Positions 20,670 through 30,125 of a DNA stretch of 64,000 bases are shown piece by piece. The DNA lies in the NCBI GenBank assembly GCA_027036135.1, contig JALVSY010000007.1:1092880-1156879 (forward strand). Reading direction: 5' to 3'. A program made the translations under genes and the position numbers. The stretch comes from Pyrodictiaceae archaeon (GTDB lineage: Archaea > Thermoproteota > Thermoprotei_A > Sulfolobales > Pyrodictiaceae). The notes below the pieces were generated by a model. The model made no database searches. It saw only the letters and a program-made list of their open reading frames with translations, and was not told the origin of the DNA. The first letter of the stretch is position 1. Every line of letters starts with the position of its first letter.

Positions 20670-21947
20670 TTGCTGGGGCGCTTCATCGTGAAGTGCAAGA
20701 GCCTGGACGATGTCAAGGAGATGCTCAAGCTAGTGCAGAACGTTGTGAGAGTTGATGAGGACTCTATTCCGTTGTTTAGGCGCGGCGAGCTAGGTGTACT
20801 CGAGGAGTTCAAGGACTGCTTCATAAACGTCGTAGTGGGGGAATACATAGCTGGGGCAGAGGAATGGGTTCATAGAACCCAGGAAGCCGTGGAGACCCTT
20901 GTCGAGAGGCTCGGCTTAACTGGGTTTACTTATCCGAGGGAGTTTCGCAGCTTCGTAGAGAATCCCTGGGCTCATTTACGCAAGAAGATATTCAACTACG
21001 TCTACGACTTGGTTAGGGCAAAGATGGGCTTTGAAGAGTTTGTGCGCAAAGCAGGGGCCGCTCTCCGGACATCGCTGCGCACGAACATGAGGACAGCCTA
21101 CCAGATATGGGGCCTAACACAGATAATGAGCCTCCTCGCCGAGAGGGGGTACCAGCTAGTCTACCCAGAGCATGGCTTCATAAGCTTTGATAGGAGCGGG
21201 AAACAGAAACTAGGCATAATCCCGCCGAACGCTGTGCTGGGCAGAATAGAGGAGGGATTCATAAGCCTATTCCACGAGGCACCACGGCCCCTTGGCTGGG
21301 AAGACACAAGGGACCTCCAGCGAGTATGGAGTCTCTACACGGCTCTCCGCCCAGACGCGATGATTTATAGCGGCATGGTGCTAAACATAGTTGATCTCTC
21401 GAACTCGCCTCCAATAAAGAGGCCCACGATAATACTTGAGTTCAAGGAGCTAGAGGACTGGTACAACCGGGTCCGGGATCTCAAGGGCTACTTCCGCAAA
21501 CCCCTTACAGCCGAGGAGTGGAGAAGCATGTGGCTAGAAGGACTCTTCGAGGGCCTAGCAGACATAATGGGGGTTAAGAGGAGCGAGGTAAGGAAACGTG
21601 TAGAGGAGTCGCGCTCCCTACGGGTACGTGAGTACCAGCTAGTCAAGCTCTATAAGAACGTGTATAAGCCGGACAAAATGATACTCATAACGCGGGCCAA
21701 GACACCGAGCGAGATAAGAGAGGAGTTAGAACATGAGGACATAATCGTGTACGACGATATAGGATTCGAGCCAGGGAGGCTAGAACCAGTAGCCGACGAG
21801 ATAAGGAAGAGAGCATCATTCAACGGCGCAAAATACGTGCCCCTAAGACTAAGCACTGAGACGATAAGACTAGTACTAAGCGCTGCTAGAAGACTCGGTG
21901 CAAAAAACATAGAGGAGGCTCTTAGGCTCCTCGCTAGCCGTATCTAG
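20670..21947 (+). CDS. hypothetical protein, possible PD-(D/E)XK nuclease with C-terminal RHH-like segment
   Basis: 425-aa ORF; AYQIW, RPD...IILEFK motif; C-terminal VPLRLSTET..AARRLG..IEEAL. Confidence 0.6.
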   Translation: MLGRFIVKCKSLDDVKEMLKLVQNVVRVDEDSIPLFRRGELGVLEEFKDCFINVVVGEYIAGAEEWVHRTQEAVETLVERLGLTGFTYPREFRSFVENPWAHLRKKIFNYVYDLVRAKMGFEEFVRKAGAALRTSLRTNMRTAYQIWGLTQIMSLLAERGYQLVYPEHGFISFDRSGKQKLGIIPPNAVLGRIEEGFISLFHEAPRPLGWEDTRDLQRVWSLYTALRPDAMIYSGMVLNIVDLSNSPPIKRPTIILEFKELEDWYNRVRDLKGYFRKPLTAEEWRSMWLEGLFEGLADIMGVKRSEVRKRVEESRSLRVREYQLVKLYKNVYKPDKMILITRAKTPSEIREELEHEDIIVYDDIGFEPGRLEPVADEIRKRASFNGAKYVPLRLSTETIRLVLSAARRLGAKNIEEALRLLASRI

Positions 21948-22387
21948 GCGCTCTTCTCTCCCTGCTCCATGCACGCGCCGAGACGGGCTGCTAAGTGCAG
22001 CATTATGCCTAGGCCCTTTGCGACCCGCGGGTCACTCAGCGCCTTAATCAAGCTAAATACGCCCTTGACTGGCTTGGCTTTCTGCATCTCCTCCGGGTCG
22101 AGAGCGCCTACTAGGCAGCTAGTCATCTTCTCTATAGCTAACTTATACTTCCATGGATCAGCATCTTTTAGCCCGTTTAGCGTCGCCTCTAGCATTGCTA
22201 GTGCATGGTATATTCTCTGGTCGCTACCAGTGTAGAGCAGGAGCTCCTCGTACTTCTCGGCCATGGTCTCTAGTAGGTCTAGGAGCCCGCTCTCCTTGAG
22301 CTTCGCGGCTACCTTCATGAGGCTGGTTAGTGCCTCAGCAGTCTTCTCGTCCAAGAGTACTTCCTCCTTTATTTTCTCCTGCGCCAC
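21944..22387 (-). CDS. DUF1641 domain protein
   Basis: KESGLLD and PVKGVFSLIKALSDPRVAKGLG; lies downstream of an SQR-like gene. Confidence 0.8.
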   Translation of the reverse strand: MAQEKIKEEVLLDEKTAEALTSLMKVAAKLKESGLLDLLETMAEKYEELLLYTGSDQRIYHALAMLEATLNGLKDADPWKYKLAIEKMTSCLVGALDPEEMQKAKPVKGVFSLIKALSDPRVAKGLGIMLHLAARLGACMEQGEKSA

Positions 22388-22410
22388 GTCTCATACACCT
22401 CCATTCATGT

Positions 22411-23586
22411 TTACTTCTTGAGTGCCTTGATCCAGCCTGCGTAGAAACTGTACTTGAGGAGCTTTATCATTGGATGCGTTAGTCCTATGTAGGGCTTTGT
22501 CTGCGCTATACCACCAGGCGCCTCTTTGGTATCGAAGACTACTAGTACTCCTGTCTTGGCGAAGTCCAGTACAATCGTTATTGTATCGGGGAATAGTATG
22601 GGGCCTGCGGCGCCCTTTAACTCGTTGAGAACAGTGTCGGCGGCAGCTATGGCGGCGTAGTGGACGGGCACGCCAGCAAATGGTAGGTTGACGCTAGGCA
22701 TTGCTCCATCGGTTGGTATGAAGACGTCATCATATTTCCTGCTACGGAAGGTCGGAAACGTCGTCTCGAGGAACCTCGGGTCCTTCTTGAAGACAAAGTC
22801 GCTGTCCTCTAGGAACCTTGGAACCCTGCACGGAGGCGCTGTTATCAATAGATTGTACTTCATTGTCTCCCCGTTCTTGAAGTATATTGTCTTCGTGGCC
22901 GGGTCAACTCTCTCGAGCTGCTTGCCCATCACGTATTCTATGTTACCTATCTCCTGGTGTATCTGGTGCCAGTGGACAGCGAGATCGAATAGGTGGCTAA
23001 GAGCCATATCCATTGGGACAACGTGGACAAGCTTAACTCTGGCCTCAACTCCTCTCCTCTTCGCGTGATACACTATCCTGCCGAGAACCTCGAAGGGGTA
23101 GCCGGGGCATCTGTGCGGGAACTCCGGCACTAGGACAATCACATCCCCGCCTCGGAACTCTCCGAGAGCCTTCCTAAGCTCAAGTGCGCCTTCAAGTGTG
23201 TAGTTGTGGTAGCTTGCCTCCTTTAGTCCTGGGTAGTCCTCCCAGCCATAGCGTGTCCCAACGCATAGGAATAGGTAGTCATATTCGAACTTCTTACCAG
23301 ACTTTGTCTCAACAACACGGTTAGCTGGATCAACTCTAGTGACTTCGTCTAGGTAGAGTTTTGCCCCATACTCTTCGGTGAAGTTCCTAACGGGTGCCCT
23401 CACGTCATCTGGCTCTGCTTCCCCGAAGGCAACGTCGGGGAAGAATGCTGGGAAGTAATGGTACTCGTCATTAGTTATCACTATTTTCTCAACATCTATT
23501 CCCGCCTTCTTAGCCTCCTCGGCTATTCTCCTAAGAGAGACTAGTGTACAGGCACCACTACCTATGAATACTATTCTCTTGGCCAT
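22411..23586 (-). CDS. sulfide:quinone oxidoreductase/FCSD-like flavoprotein
   Basis: N-terminal Rossmann fold, YDYLFLCVG, FRGGD, CPGYPFE; paired with DUF1641. Confidence 0.75.
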   Translation of the reverse strand: MAKRIVFIGSGACTLVSLRRIAEEAKKAGIDVEKIVITNDEYHYFPAFFPDVAFGEAEPDDVRAPVRNFTEEYGAKLYLDEVTRVDPANRVVETKSGKKFEYDYLFLCVGTRYGWEDYPGLKEASYHNYTLEGALELRKALGEFRGGDVIVLVPEFPHRCPGYPFEVLGRIVYHAKRRGVEARVKLVHVVPMDMALSHLFDLAVHWHQIHQEIGNIEYVMGKQLERVDPATKTIYFKNGETMKYNLLITAPPCRVPRFLEDSDFVFKKDPRFLETTFPTFRSRKYDDVFIPTDGAMPSVNLPFAGVPVHYAAIAAADTVLNELKGAAGPILFPDTITIVLDFAKTGVLVVFDTKEAPGGIAQTKPYIGLTHPMIKLLKYSFYAGWIKALKK

Positions 23587-23970
23587 ACTCTACACCTATG
23601 TTGTTCTGCTAACCTCTCAGTTAGTCATTAATGTGTGAATGAAATTAAAATAGTTTAGCTCGCTACTATCCACGTACACAATATAATTATGCATAAGGAT
23701 ACTAATAAATATAGAATTAAATAATTGAATAAAATCATATTAATCATGATAACAAAGAGCCCCAGTAACAACACAGATTACCAACAATCCAAAGACCAAG
23801 AAAAGAAGAGTAGCTGTTTCCTCCTAGGCCATAGCGTCAGCCGCAGGGAAGAACATCGGGCATCCCTGCACTACTGGTCCCCCGATGCAGGCCTCATCAT
23901 CCAATTAGTACTCCACTGTCAAGATTAGTGATAGTGACAAGGTACTAGTAAGTGGCCCGGGGCCTCCCAG

Positions 23971-24385
23971 ATGCCTATTAATAAGGATCTCCTAAGGAGG
24001 CAAATTAGCAATATTCGCGAGGCCCTAGCTAACGCCAAGGGTCTAGTAGAAACCTTCGGGGAGCTAGGTGTCTATGAAAGGCTTGCTCTCCGCTACCTCA
24101 TTGTAGAACTTGTTGAGGCAAGTGCCTCCGCTTGTATACACGTCTTACGAGAACTCTACGGCGTCTTTGTTGAAAGCTATCCCGAGTGTTTTTAGGAAGC
24201 TAGGCGAACTAGGCCTTCTACCCAAGAGGTTGGCTGAGAATCTGGTATCTGTTGCGCGTCTCCGTAACCTAATCGTTCATAGATACCGGGTAATAGATGA
24301 TGAGGAACTCTACTACCTAGCTAAGGACAGGTTAAAAGTGTTTGAAGAGTATGCAGGGATGCTTGAGAAGCTCCTAGAGAAATGA
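23971..24385 (+). pseudogene. HepT/DUF86 HEPN ribonuclease toxin, frameshifted at T5 run 24189-24193
   Basis: The ESYPECF half joins the RKLGELG..RLRNLIVHRY half (RxxxxH) if one T is removed. Confidence 0.8.
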
Positions 24386-24873
24386 AGCTCGAGAAACCAC
24401 TACATAGGCTAAATAGTGAGGAGAAAGAGGAAATAATCAGGAGGATAAGGAAAACGCTGGAGAAGAAAAGCGAGGTCTGCTTCACCTACCTCTTCGGCAG
24501 CTTCGCCAAGCATAACTTGGTAAGGGGCATCGATGTAGCTATCTGGGTTAAGAGAGGTATTGAGCCCTTAGAGGAAGCGATTAAGCTCTCCGAGGATCTG
24601 GAGAGGGAGACCAGGCTCCCCGTAGACATAGTAGTCCTCAATGATGCCCCAGTAACGCTCCGCTACAACGTGTTCAGAGAGGGAAAGCTCATACTGCTGA
24701 GAGACGAGTGCAGAAACACCCACGACCAAGCATTGATAATGGCTATTCTGGAGTACGCCGATCTAAGAGAAAAGTACCGAGTCTTATCCAGGCCTGTGAA
24801 AAAGACACGGCTAAGGCTTATTCTCGGCGATGCTTTTGGTTCTCGTAGTAGAACGCAACCAAGTACATCATAA
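24382..24873 (+). CDS. MNT minimal nucleotidyltransferase antitoxin (first Asp of DxD replaced by Gly)
   Basis: YLFGSF...RGIDVA, PVDIVVLNDAP; overlaps the HepT stop. Confidence 0.8.
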   Translation: MKLEKPLHRLNSEEKEEIIRRIRKTLEKKSEVCFTYLFGSFAKHNLVRGIDVAIWVKRGIEPLEEAIKLSEDLERETRLPVDIVVLNDAPVTLRYNVFREGKLILLRDECRNTHDQALIMAILEYADLREKYRVLSRPVKKTRLRLILGDAFGSRSRTQPSTS

Positions 24874-25237
24874 GCCCAGCGTAGTCCCCTAGCTTGCTGA
24901 GGACCCTAGCGACTTCGCTGCTGCCTAGCTCACGGCCCATTATTGCTGAGAGACCGCGCCTCACAGCGAGATCAGAGGAGGGACCTAAAGGGAACAATGG
25001 ATGCACCATGGCGACAGCGAGCCCAGCTGACCACGGGCCTATGCCGTAGAGCCTCTGTAGCTCCTGAGCAGCCTCCCACGGCTCCTCAACAGCCCCCTCC
25101 ACGTTAGGCAACCTGTTCTCAAGCTCAGCTTGCGCTACCTCATGTAGCGCCCTGGCCTTGAGCCTCGTAAGCCCCAGCGAACGGAGTTCATCCAGCGATG
25201 CACCAGCTAGACTAGCTGGCTCTGACCATAGTAACAC
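24818..25237 (-). pseudogene. alkA: 3' fragment of an AlkA-family (HhH-GPD) DNA glycosylase
   Basis: LRSLGL..KA, HhH motif LYGIGPWSA, P..DLAVRR; N-terminal half replaced by AT-rich DNA. Confidence 0.7.
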
Positions 25238-25429
25238 TAAAAACCAGTTTAGCTACAACACAGCAAAAGAAAACAATAGCTAGCAAAAAGCGATAACAAA
25301 ACAATTCAAGCAATGAAAACAGAATACATCTCTTCACAGAACCAAAACATGTAAGAGACGAAAGATAGTATCATTCGACAACTATTCTTAGGTTTTCAGT
25401 TTCTAATAAATCCTAACAAGGCACAAGTG

Positions 25430-25486
25430 TAGAGCGCCAGCCTTCGGAGCCGGAGGTCCCGGGTTCAAATCCCAGTGGGCCTGTCA
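25430..25486 (+). pseudogene. degenerate 3' two-thirds of tRNA-Arg(TCG), att-like remnant
   Basis: TAGAGCG-CCAGC-CTTCGGA-GCCGG-AGGTC-CCGGG-TTCAAAT-CCCAG-TGGGCCT-G-TCA; anticodon TCG at 25444-25446; 5' acceptor strand and most of the D-arm absent; stem mismatches. Confidence 0.85.
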
Positions 25487-25585
25487 TTCGGGTGATTTTC
25501 TGTAAAATCTTTCTCCTTTTAGAAAAATAGCAGTGCAGCTTCGGGTTTGGGTAAGGCTATGTTTATCTCTTTCAACGAGGAATAA

Positions 25586-26039
25586 TCATGTACGATAATC
25601 CTTAGGGCTAGGGGTTACTTTGAGCCATGGAACATGCTTAAAATCTTCATCAAAAGTGGCTATGTTTTCTATATTATAGGCTCTACATGTAGCTACTATC
25701 AAGGCATCGTTAGGTAATAGCTTGTACTTAGTCATGTATTCCACTAGGTCATTAATACCTATATTGGTCGGTAAATGCTCGAAAATCCATGAATAGTGTA
25801 TATATGTCTTGTTCTAGCAGCTCTTTAACTCTACTCATGTATTTGACTACATATTTTCTGAGCTTATATCTAGGGACATTGAGGGCTAATCTTAGATACT
25901 CGTAAACAACCTCGCTAACCACAATACCGTTTACATATCCTTTCCATTCACCATGCTCAACTTTATCAATGAGCTTCTTAGCATCTTCAATTCCTGCAAG
26001 ATATTTAAGGAAAACATTGGAGTCAAAGAACACCCTCAT
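25586..26039 (-). pseudogene. vapC: VapC PIN toxin, +1 frameshift at ~25782-25785
   Basis: MRVFFDSN N-terminus; shifted frame continues LLPNDALIVATC..IATFDEDFKHVPWL. Confidence 0.82.
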
Positions 26040-26232
26040 CCCCGATCTCCTCGATAATCCTATCGACATCCTCGGGCCTTAGTCCAGGCCTCCTGCGAAG
26101 GAGCACTCCGAATACCTTGGAGGGCTTTCTGCGGATAACAACCTCGACTTCTTCACCCTCTTCGAGTTCTAGCTTCTCAAGAGGCTTAAGAACACCTTTT
26201 TCACACCTTACGCGTATAACTTTGGACAACAA
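26023..26232 (-). CDS. AF2212-like antitoxin (VapB)
   Basis: EKGVLKPLEKLELEEGEEV motif; overlaps the PIN start. Confidence 0.8.
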   Translation of the reverse strand: MLSKVIRVRCEKGVLKPLEKLELEEGEEVEVVIRRKPSKVFGVLLRRRPGLRPEDVDRIIEEIGDEGVL

Positions 26233-26482
26233 GGATCTCCGCGAGAATATAGACGGGCTTGGAGCCTCTAAGCCTTTACCTCTAGTGATGCGCTATTTTC
26301 AATAAAGCGGTCCCTTACCGGGTTTATAACGCGTAAATGGATGTCGTATACTATCGCGATACGTTTATCTTAACAAAGAGGCTATATGGCTGCACTCGCT
26401 ATGTATGGCTATATGTTGTTGGCCTATGGCTTAACTATGAAACTTCAGCATCTTTCATCAATATTACTTTCACGATTGCTTA

Positions 26483-26617
26483 TCATATTTTGATTAATTC
26501 CTTGTCGCTATTGCCCCGAGTACTCAAGTCTTGTAAACGAGCAATATCCATGCCGTATCGTCTCAAGAAGGTTACTAGCTTTTTAGGTATGTTTTCATCA
26601 GCTAGGAATCTCAGCAG
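26483..26617 (-). pseudogene. truncated DUF5615 PIN-like toxin
   Basis: Manual translation LRFLADENIPKKLVTFLRRYGMDIARLQDLSTRGNSDKELIKI*, directly after DUF433. Confidence 0.7.
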
Positions 26618-26849
26618 TAGCTATAACCCTCTTTAGCGTCCTAAATGCAAACCTCAGGGTCTCATATACAGCTTCCAATGGTATATCGAGTTCCTCAGCA
26701 ACCTCCTCGGGCTCCCAGCCAGCAGCAAGCATGTCCAGAATATCATCAACAGTTACCCTCGTACCCTTCACAGCAAGTCTACTACCGCGCCTACCAGGCA
26801 CTATCTCAAGCCACTTATAACCAGGCAAGAGAACCACATCAACCACCAC
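26598..26849 (-). CDS. DUF433 antitoxin
   Basis: PGRRG...VKGTRVTVDDILDMLAAG..PEEVAEE. Confidence 0.85.
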   Translation of the reverse strand: MVVDVVLLPGYKWLEIVPGRRGSRLAVKGTRVTVDDILDMLAAGWEPEEVAEELDIPLEAVYETLRFAFRTLKRVIATAEIPS

Positions 26850-27095
26850 TAAGCAATACTATTAAGATACAATGCTTTTATACTCTCAGCTCGAAGTCAG
26901 AGCCCAGTCCTATAGTACGAGGATGTATGTTCTTGACTATTATGTAGCCCTTACATACGGAGGGAGCAGAGAAAGCATAAGCGAATTAACAGGGCTTAAG
27001 GATGCTATCCGGTTTCTATCACTCTATTATTGTTGATTACCGAGCTTTTAAGAGGGTGCCTTAACGTCCTGGAGTCTTCTTTGTCTTCTGATTGA

Positions 27096-27330
27096 CTACA
27101 GGTATTTGTGTAGTTTTGATGTGTGGTAGGCTGTTATCACTATGACTGTATCGGCTTCTAGCTTGTAGACGACTATTAGGGCTTTATCGTTTAGCTTCTT
27201 TACGCACTTAGACTCATTGTTCTCGATAATCTTGTCTGGGTTGTTTAGGCAGGCCTCGATCTCTTCTCGGCTTATGCCTCGTTGCCTCATACGTTCTAGT
27301 GCGTGGAGTGTGTAGCGTATCTCCGAGCAT
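27096..27330 (-). CDS. DUF4258 putative toxin (5' end probably frameshifted near 27324)
   Basis: EIRYTLHALERMRQRGISREEI...VIVITAY; the nearest ATG (27330) is one base out of frame. Confidence 0.6.
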
Positions 27331-27550
27331 TAGCCACCAGGACCTCAGGGCCCTCGATGACCAGCTTCTTCAAGTCTATATCCTTGCGGGAGAACCTTAG
27401 CACCTCTATCCCAACAATCTCCCCCTTATCATTAAAATCTACTATTATCCCTGGAGCAACCTCATCGGAGTCCACGACCTCATCGTCCCTCAGCCTGATG
27501 TATAATGCATCAGCAACCTTGTCGTAACTAACCCTAATCTCCGCAAAGAC
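27296..27550 (-). CDS. DUF2283 putative antitoxin (start uncertain)
   Basis: YDKVADALYIRL, IIVDFNDKGEIVGIEV. Confidence 0.8.
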   Translation of the reverse strand, partial: VFAEIRVSYDKVADALYIRLRDDEVVDSDEVAPGIIVDFNDKGEIVGIEVLRFSRKDIDLKKLVIEGPEVLVANARRYATHSTH

Positions 27551-27704
27551 CCACCCAAAACTAGGAGCTATACATGGTGGCAAATAAGGGTAATGAACAA
27601 CCCTATTGATAGGGGTTAGCGCATTCTGAATCTGTACCGCTTTTATCAACGATATGCCTCCTAATTAGGAGCCAGCGTGGGATGAGCCTTGTTAGGCCCT
27701 GGCT

Positions 27705-28502
27705 ATGCCTAGGCTGTTTCCGTGGAGCATTGTCTATGTCGTAGCGTTTTTCGCTCAGCTCCACCTCCTTGTCCCCGGGTGTCCTGTGTTGGCTCGCTTT
27801 GATGTAATAGTGTTTGATGTCTGGGGTACTCTCCTGAGACTCGAGCCCATGTGGGGATTTATTGCTGAGGGCCTTGCCTCTGTGCTTAACAAGCCCGTTA
27901 ACGCGACGCGGGCAGCTATTGAGCGGGTCCGTGGCGTTGTTAAGAACCGTGTAGGCTTCATCGCCGAGGACCATGTATCTTACTCGGTGAGGCTTCTTGC
28001 CGAGGAGCTTGGCTCGTCCCCGAGTATTGTTCGCCGCGGCATCGCCCGCGGCGTACTAGGGGCCTTAGGGCATGTCAATGAGCTGGTCTACGACGATGCT
28101 ATGCGGGGCCTCGAGGAGGCTAGGAGGCTTGCGCGCTTCGTAGGCGTTGTTGGTAACGCGTTGCTGTGGCCCAGTAGCTATACGAGGCTACTCCTAGAGA
28201 AGAGCAAGCTCTCCTACTACATCGATGCACAGGTCTACGGCGACGAGGCTAGCTGCTACAAGCCAAGCCCATGTATATGGGCAAGGCTATTCGAGGAACT
28301 AGGGCTGAGTAGCCCGAGCTGCGTCCACATAGGGGACTCGGTTAGGGAGGACATAGGCGGCGCAATAGCTACAGGCTGTAAAGCAGTACTCATTAAACGA
28401 GTAGCTAGTAAGGACATTGAGTCCTCTGGCCTAATAGGGCTAACAATAATTAGGTCTCTGAATATACTCTCCAAGGTTCTCATACCGGAAACCAATACTT
28501 GA
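27705..28502 (+). CDS. HAD-superfamily hydrolase (probable start TTG ~27789)
   Basis: FDVWGTL, KP, HIGDSVREDIGGA motifs. Confidence 0.85.
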   Translation: MPRLFPWSIVYVVAFFAQLHLLVPGCPVLARFDVIVFDVWGTLLRLEPMWGFIAEGLASVLNKPVNATRAAIERVRGVVKNRVGFIAEDHVSYSVRLLAEELGSSPSIVRRGIARGVLGALGHVNELVYDDAMRGLEEARRLARFVGVVGNALLWPSSYTRLLLEKSKLSYYIDAQVYGDEASCYKPSPCIWARLFEELGLSSPSCVHIGDSVREDIGGAIATGCKAVLIKRVASKDIESSGLIGLTIIRSLNILSKVLIPETNT

Positions 28503-28652
28503 ATGAAATAAGCTTATATATGATATTTAGTATAATACACTATATAGTATTATGTTTTTTATACTTTTTCTTTCTCCCAACTATTGGACACAATGAGAAA
28601 ACTATTTTAGTTCGGGGAAAAGAGGACTGTACAACTTATTATGCAAAATATC

Positions 28653-28687
28653 TATACTATAGTATATTGTTAGAGTAAGGGTTTAAA
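28653..28687 (+). promoter_or_regulatory. 14-bp palindrome TATACTATAGTATA and TATA-like TTTAAA upstream of the V4R gene
   Basis: Perfect palindrome at 28653-28666; TTTAAA at 28682-28687. Confidence 0.35.
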
Positions 28688-28725
28688 CTATTCCAGAACA
28701 CCTTCTATAGCCTGGGTGCCTAGGC

Positions 28726-29259
28726 GTGTGTGCCACCGAGATTAAGTATGAAAGAGGCCGAATAACCATCGGTGAGGGCGTGGAGCGCTACATACTGATA
28801 CCAATGAGGGCCTACACCGAGATAATAAACTCCCTGGTAAGGCTTGTAGGCGATGCTGCTGGTGCCCCGCTCTACATGCTGGGCAAGGGCATTGGCCACG
28901 GCTTGGCGGAGGAGCTTAGGTACCGGATGAAGGGGAAGGAGGCAAGCGTAGAGGAGTTTGTGAAGGTCTATGCCGGGTACCTGGAGGAGCTAGGCTTCGG
29001 GAGAATAGAGGTCAAGGAGTTCACCGGCGACTCCGCGACCATCTACATGTATGAGCCCCCGAGCATGGCTGGGATAAAGCTGGTAAACGGGGAGGCCAGG
29101 ACGTGGCTCGATAAGGGCAGGAAGATATGTCACCTAGAGGCAGGAATGATGGCGGCGGCTTTCGAGGACTATCTTGGCGGCAAGTACAGGGGCATGGAGG
29201 TAGAGCACGGGAGCACCGATAACCCGTACTGCGTCATAAAGGTCGTTAAGCAGGGCTAG
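28726..29259 (+). CDS. V4R (4-vinyl reductase) domain protein
   Basis: LYMLGKGIG, GFGRIEV, ICHLEAGM, EVEH..C motifs. Confidence 0.75.
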   Translation: MCATEIKYERGRITIGEGVERYILIPMRAYTEIINSLVRLVGDAAGAPLYMLGKGIGHGLAEELRYRMKGKEASVEEFVKVYAGYLEELGFGRIEVKEFTGDSATIYMYEPPSMAGIKLVNGEARTWLDKGRKICHLEAGMMAAAFEDYLGGKYRGMEVEHGSTDNPYCVIKVVKQG

Positions 29260-30125
29260 CCCCGGGCCTGGTCCAGGGCCTTCTCGTAGAGCTTTTTCAC
29301 GAGTAGCTGAAGGTCACTTGTCTCGAGGCCTGCTACCTCGAGCCTCTTCTCCAGCGCTACCTCCATGTTCCCGAGCACTACCTCGTCTAGTCTTACCCCT
29401 CTCAGGGTATTGAATACGCTATAGATCTCTGTTGGTGGCGCTGAGTAGAAGATGCCGCTAAGCCAGTACCCGGTGATGTAGCCATCTGTTATCTCTAGGC
29501 TGGCTCTCAGCCAGTAGGAGCCTCGTTCAACCATGGCCTCTACATTGGTGGCTCGGTAGCGATAAAGCCTCCACGAATCCTGGTCGAAGAGCCTTGCCCG
29601 CGCCTCTATGTCGCTTCTCAGCGGCCTTACCCGGGCCCGGCGCGCCCCCCGTAGGAGCTCCTCAATGCACTCCCCGGGATCGCCCTGGCCATCAACTATC
29701 TCTATGAACGCGGTATCGCCTAGCACTGTTGCGCCGTGGCCCCGGCTCCTCATGCATTGCGCCAAGACCATCATAGCGGAGACTGCGTCGCGGAGGCCAC
29801 GGGTGTCAGGGAGAGCTAGTGCAAGGTAGTAGCGGCCCGGGCCAGCCTCGGCTCTAGGGCCACCCGTTATCCGCCTAGCAACCCGTTCCCCGGTCTCGCT
29901 CTCTAGCGCCTCGTAGATGCCATAAACGGTGCAGCTACGGGGCCACTCGGCATAGGCCACATAGGCTTCTTTGCTGCGAAGAGCATAGTCTAGGCCGAGC
30001 TCCCCTAAGCCAAGGATATCTGAGCACGTAGAGAGGCCTGGTGGGGGCTCGAGGACGAATAAGCGTGGAGCAGTTGCTGGCAAGACAAAGATACCCAGGA
30101 AAAGGGAGGAATAAGGATTATCCAC
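29256..30125 (-). CDS. divergent lipoate-protein-ligase-like protein
   Basis: VARRITGG resembles the LplA RRxxGG motif; C-terminus resembles the LplA accessory (LplB) domain. Confidence 0.5.
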   Translation of the reverse strand: MDNPYSSLFLGIFVLPATAPRLFVLEPPPGLSTCSDILGLGELGLDYALRSKEAYVAYAEWPRSCTVYGIYEALESETGERVARRITGGPRAEAGPGRYYLALALPDTRGLRDAVSAMMVLAQCMRSRGHGATVLGDTAFIEIVDGQGDPGECIEELLRGARRARVRPLRSDIEARARLFDQDSWRLYRYRATNVEAMVERGSYWLRASLEITDGYITGYWLSGIFYSAPPTEIYSVFNTLRGVRLDEVVLGNMEVALEKRLEVAGLETSDLQLLVKKLYEKALDQARG

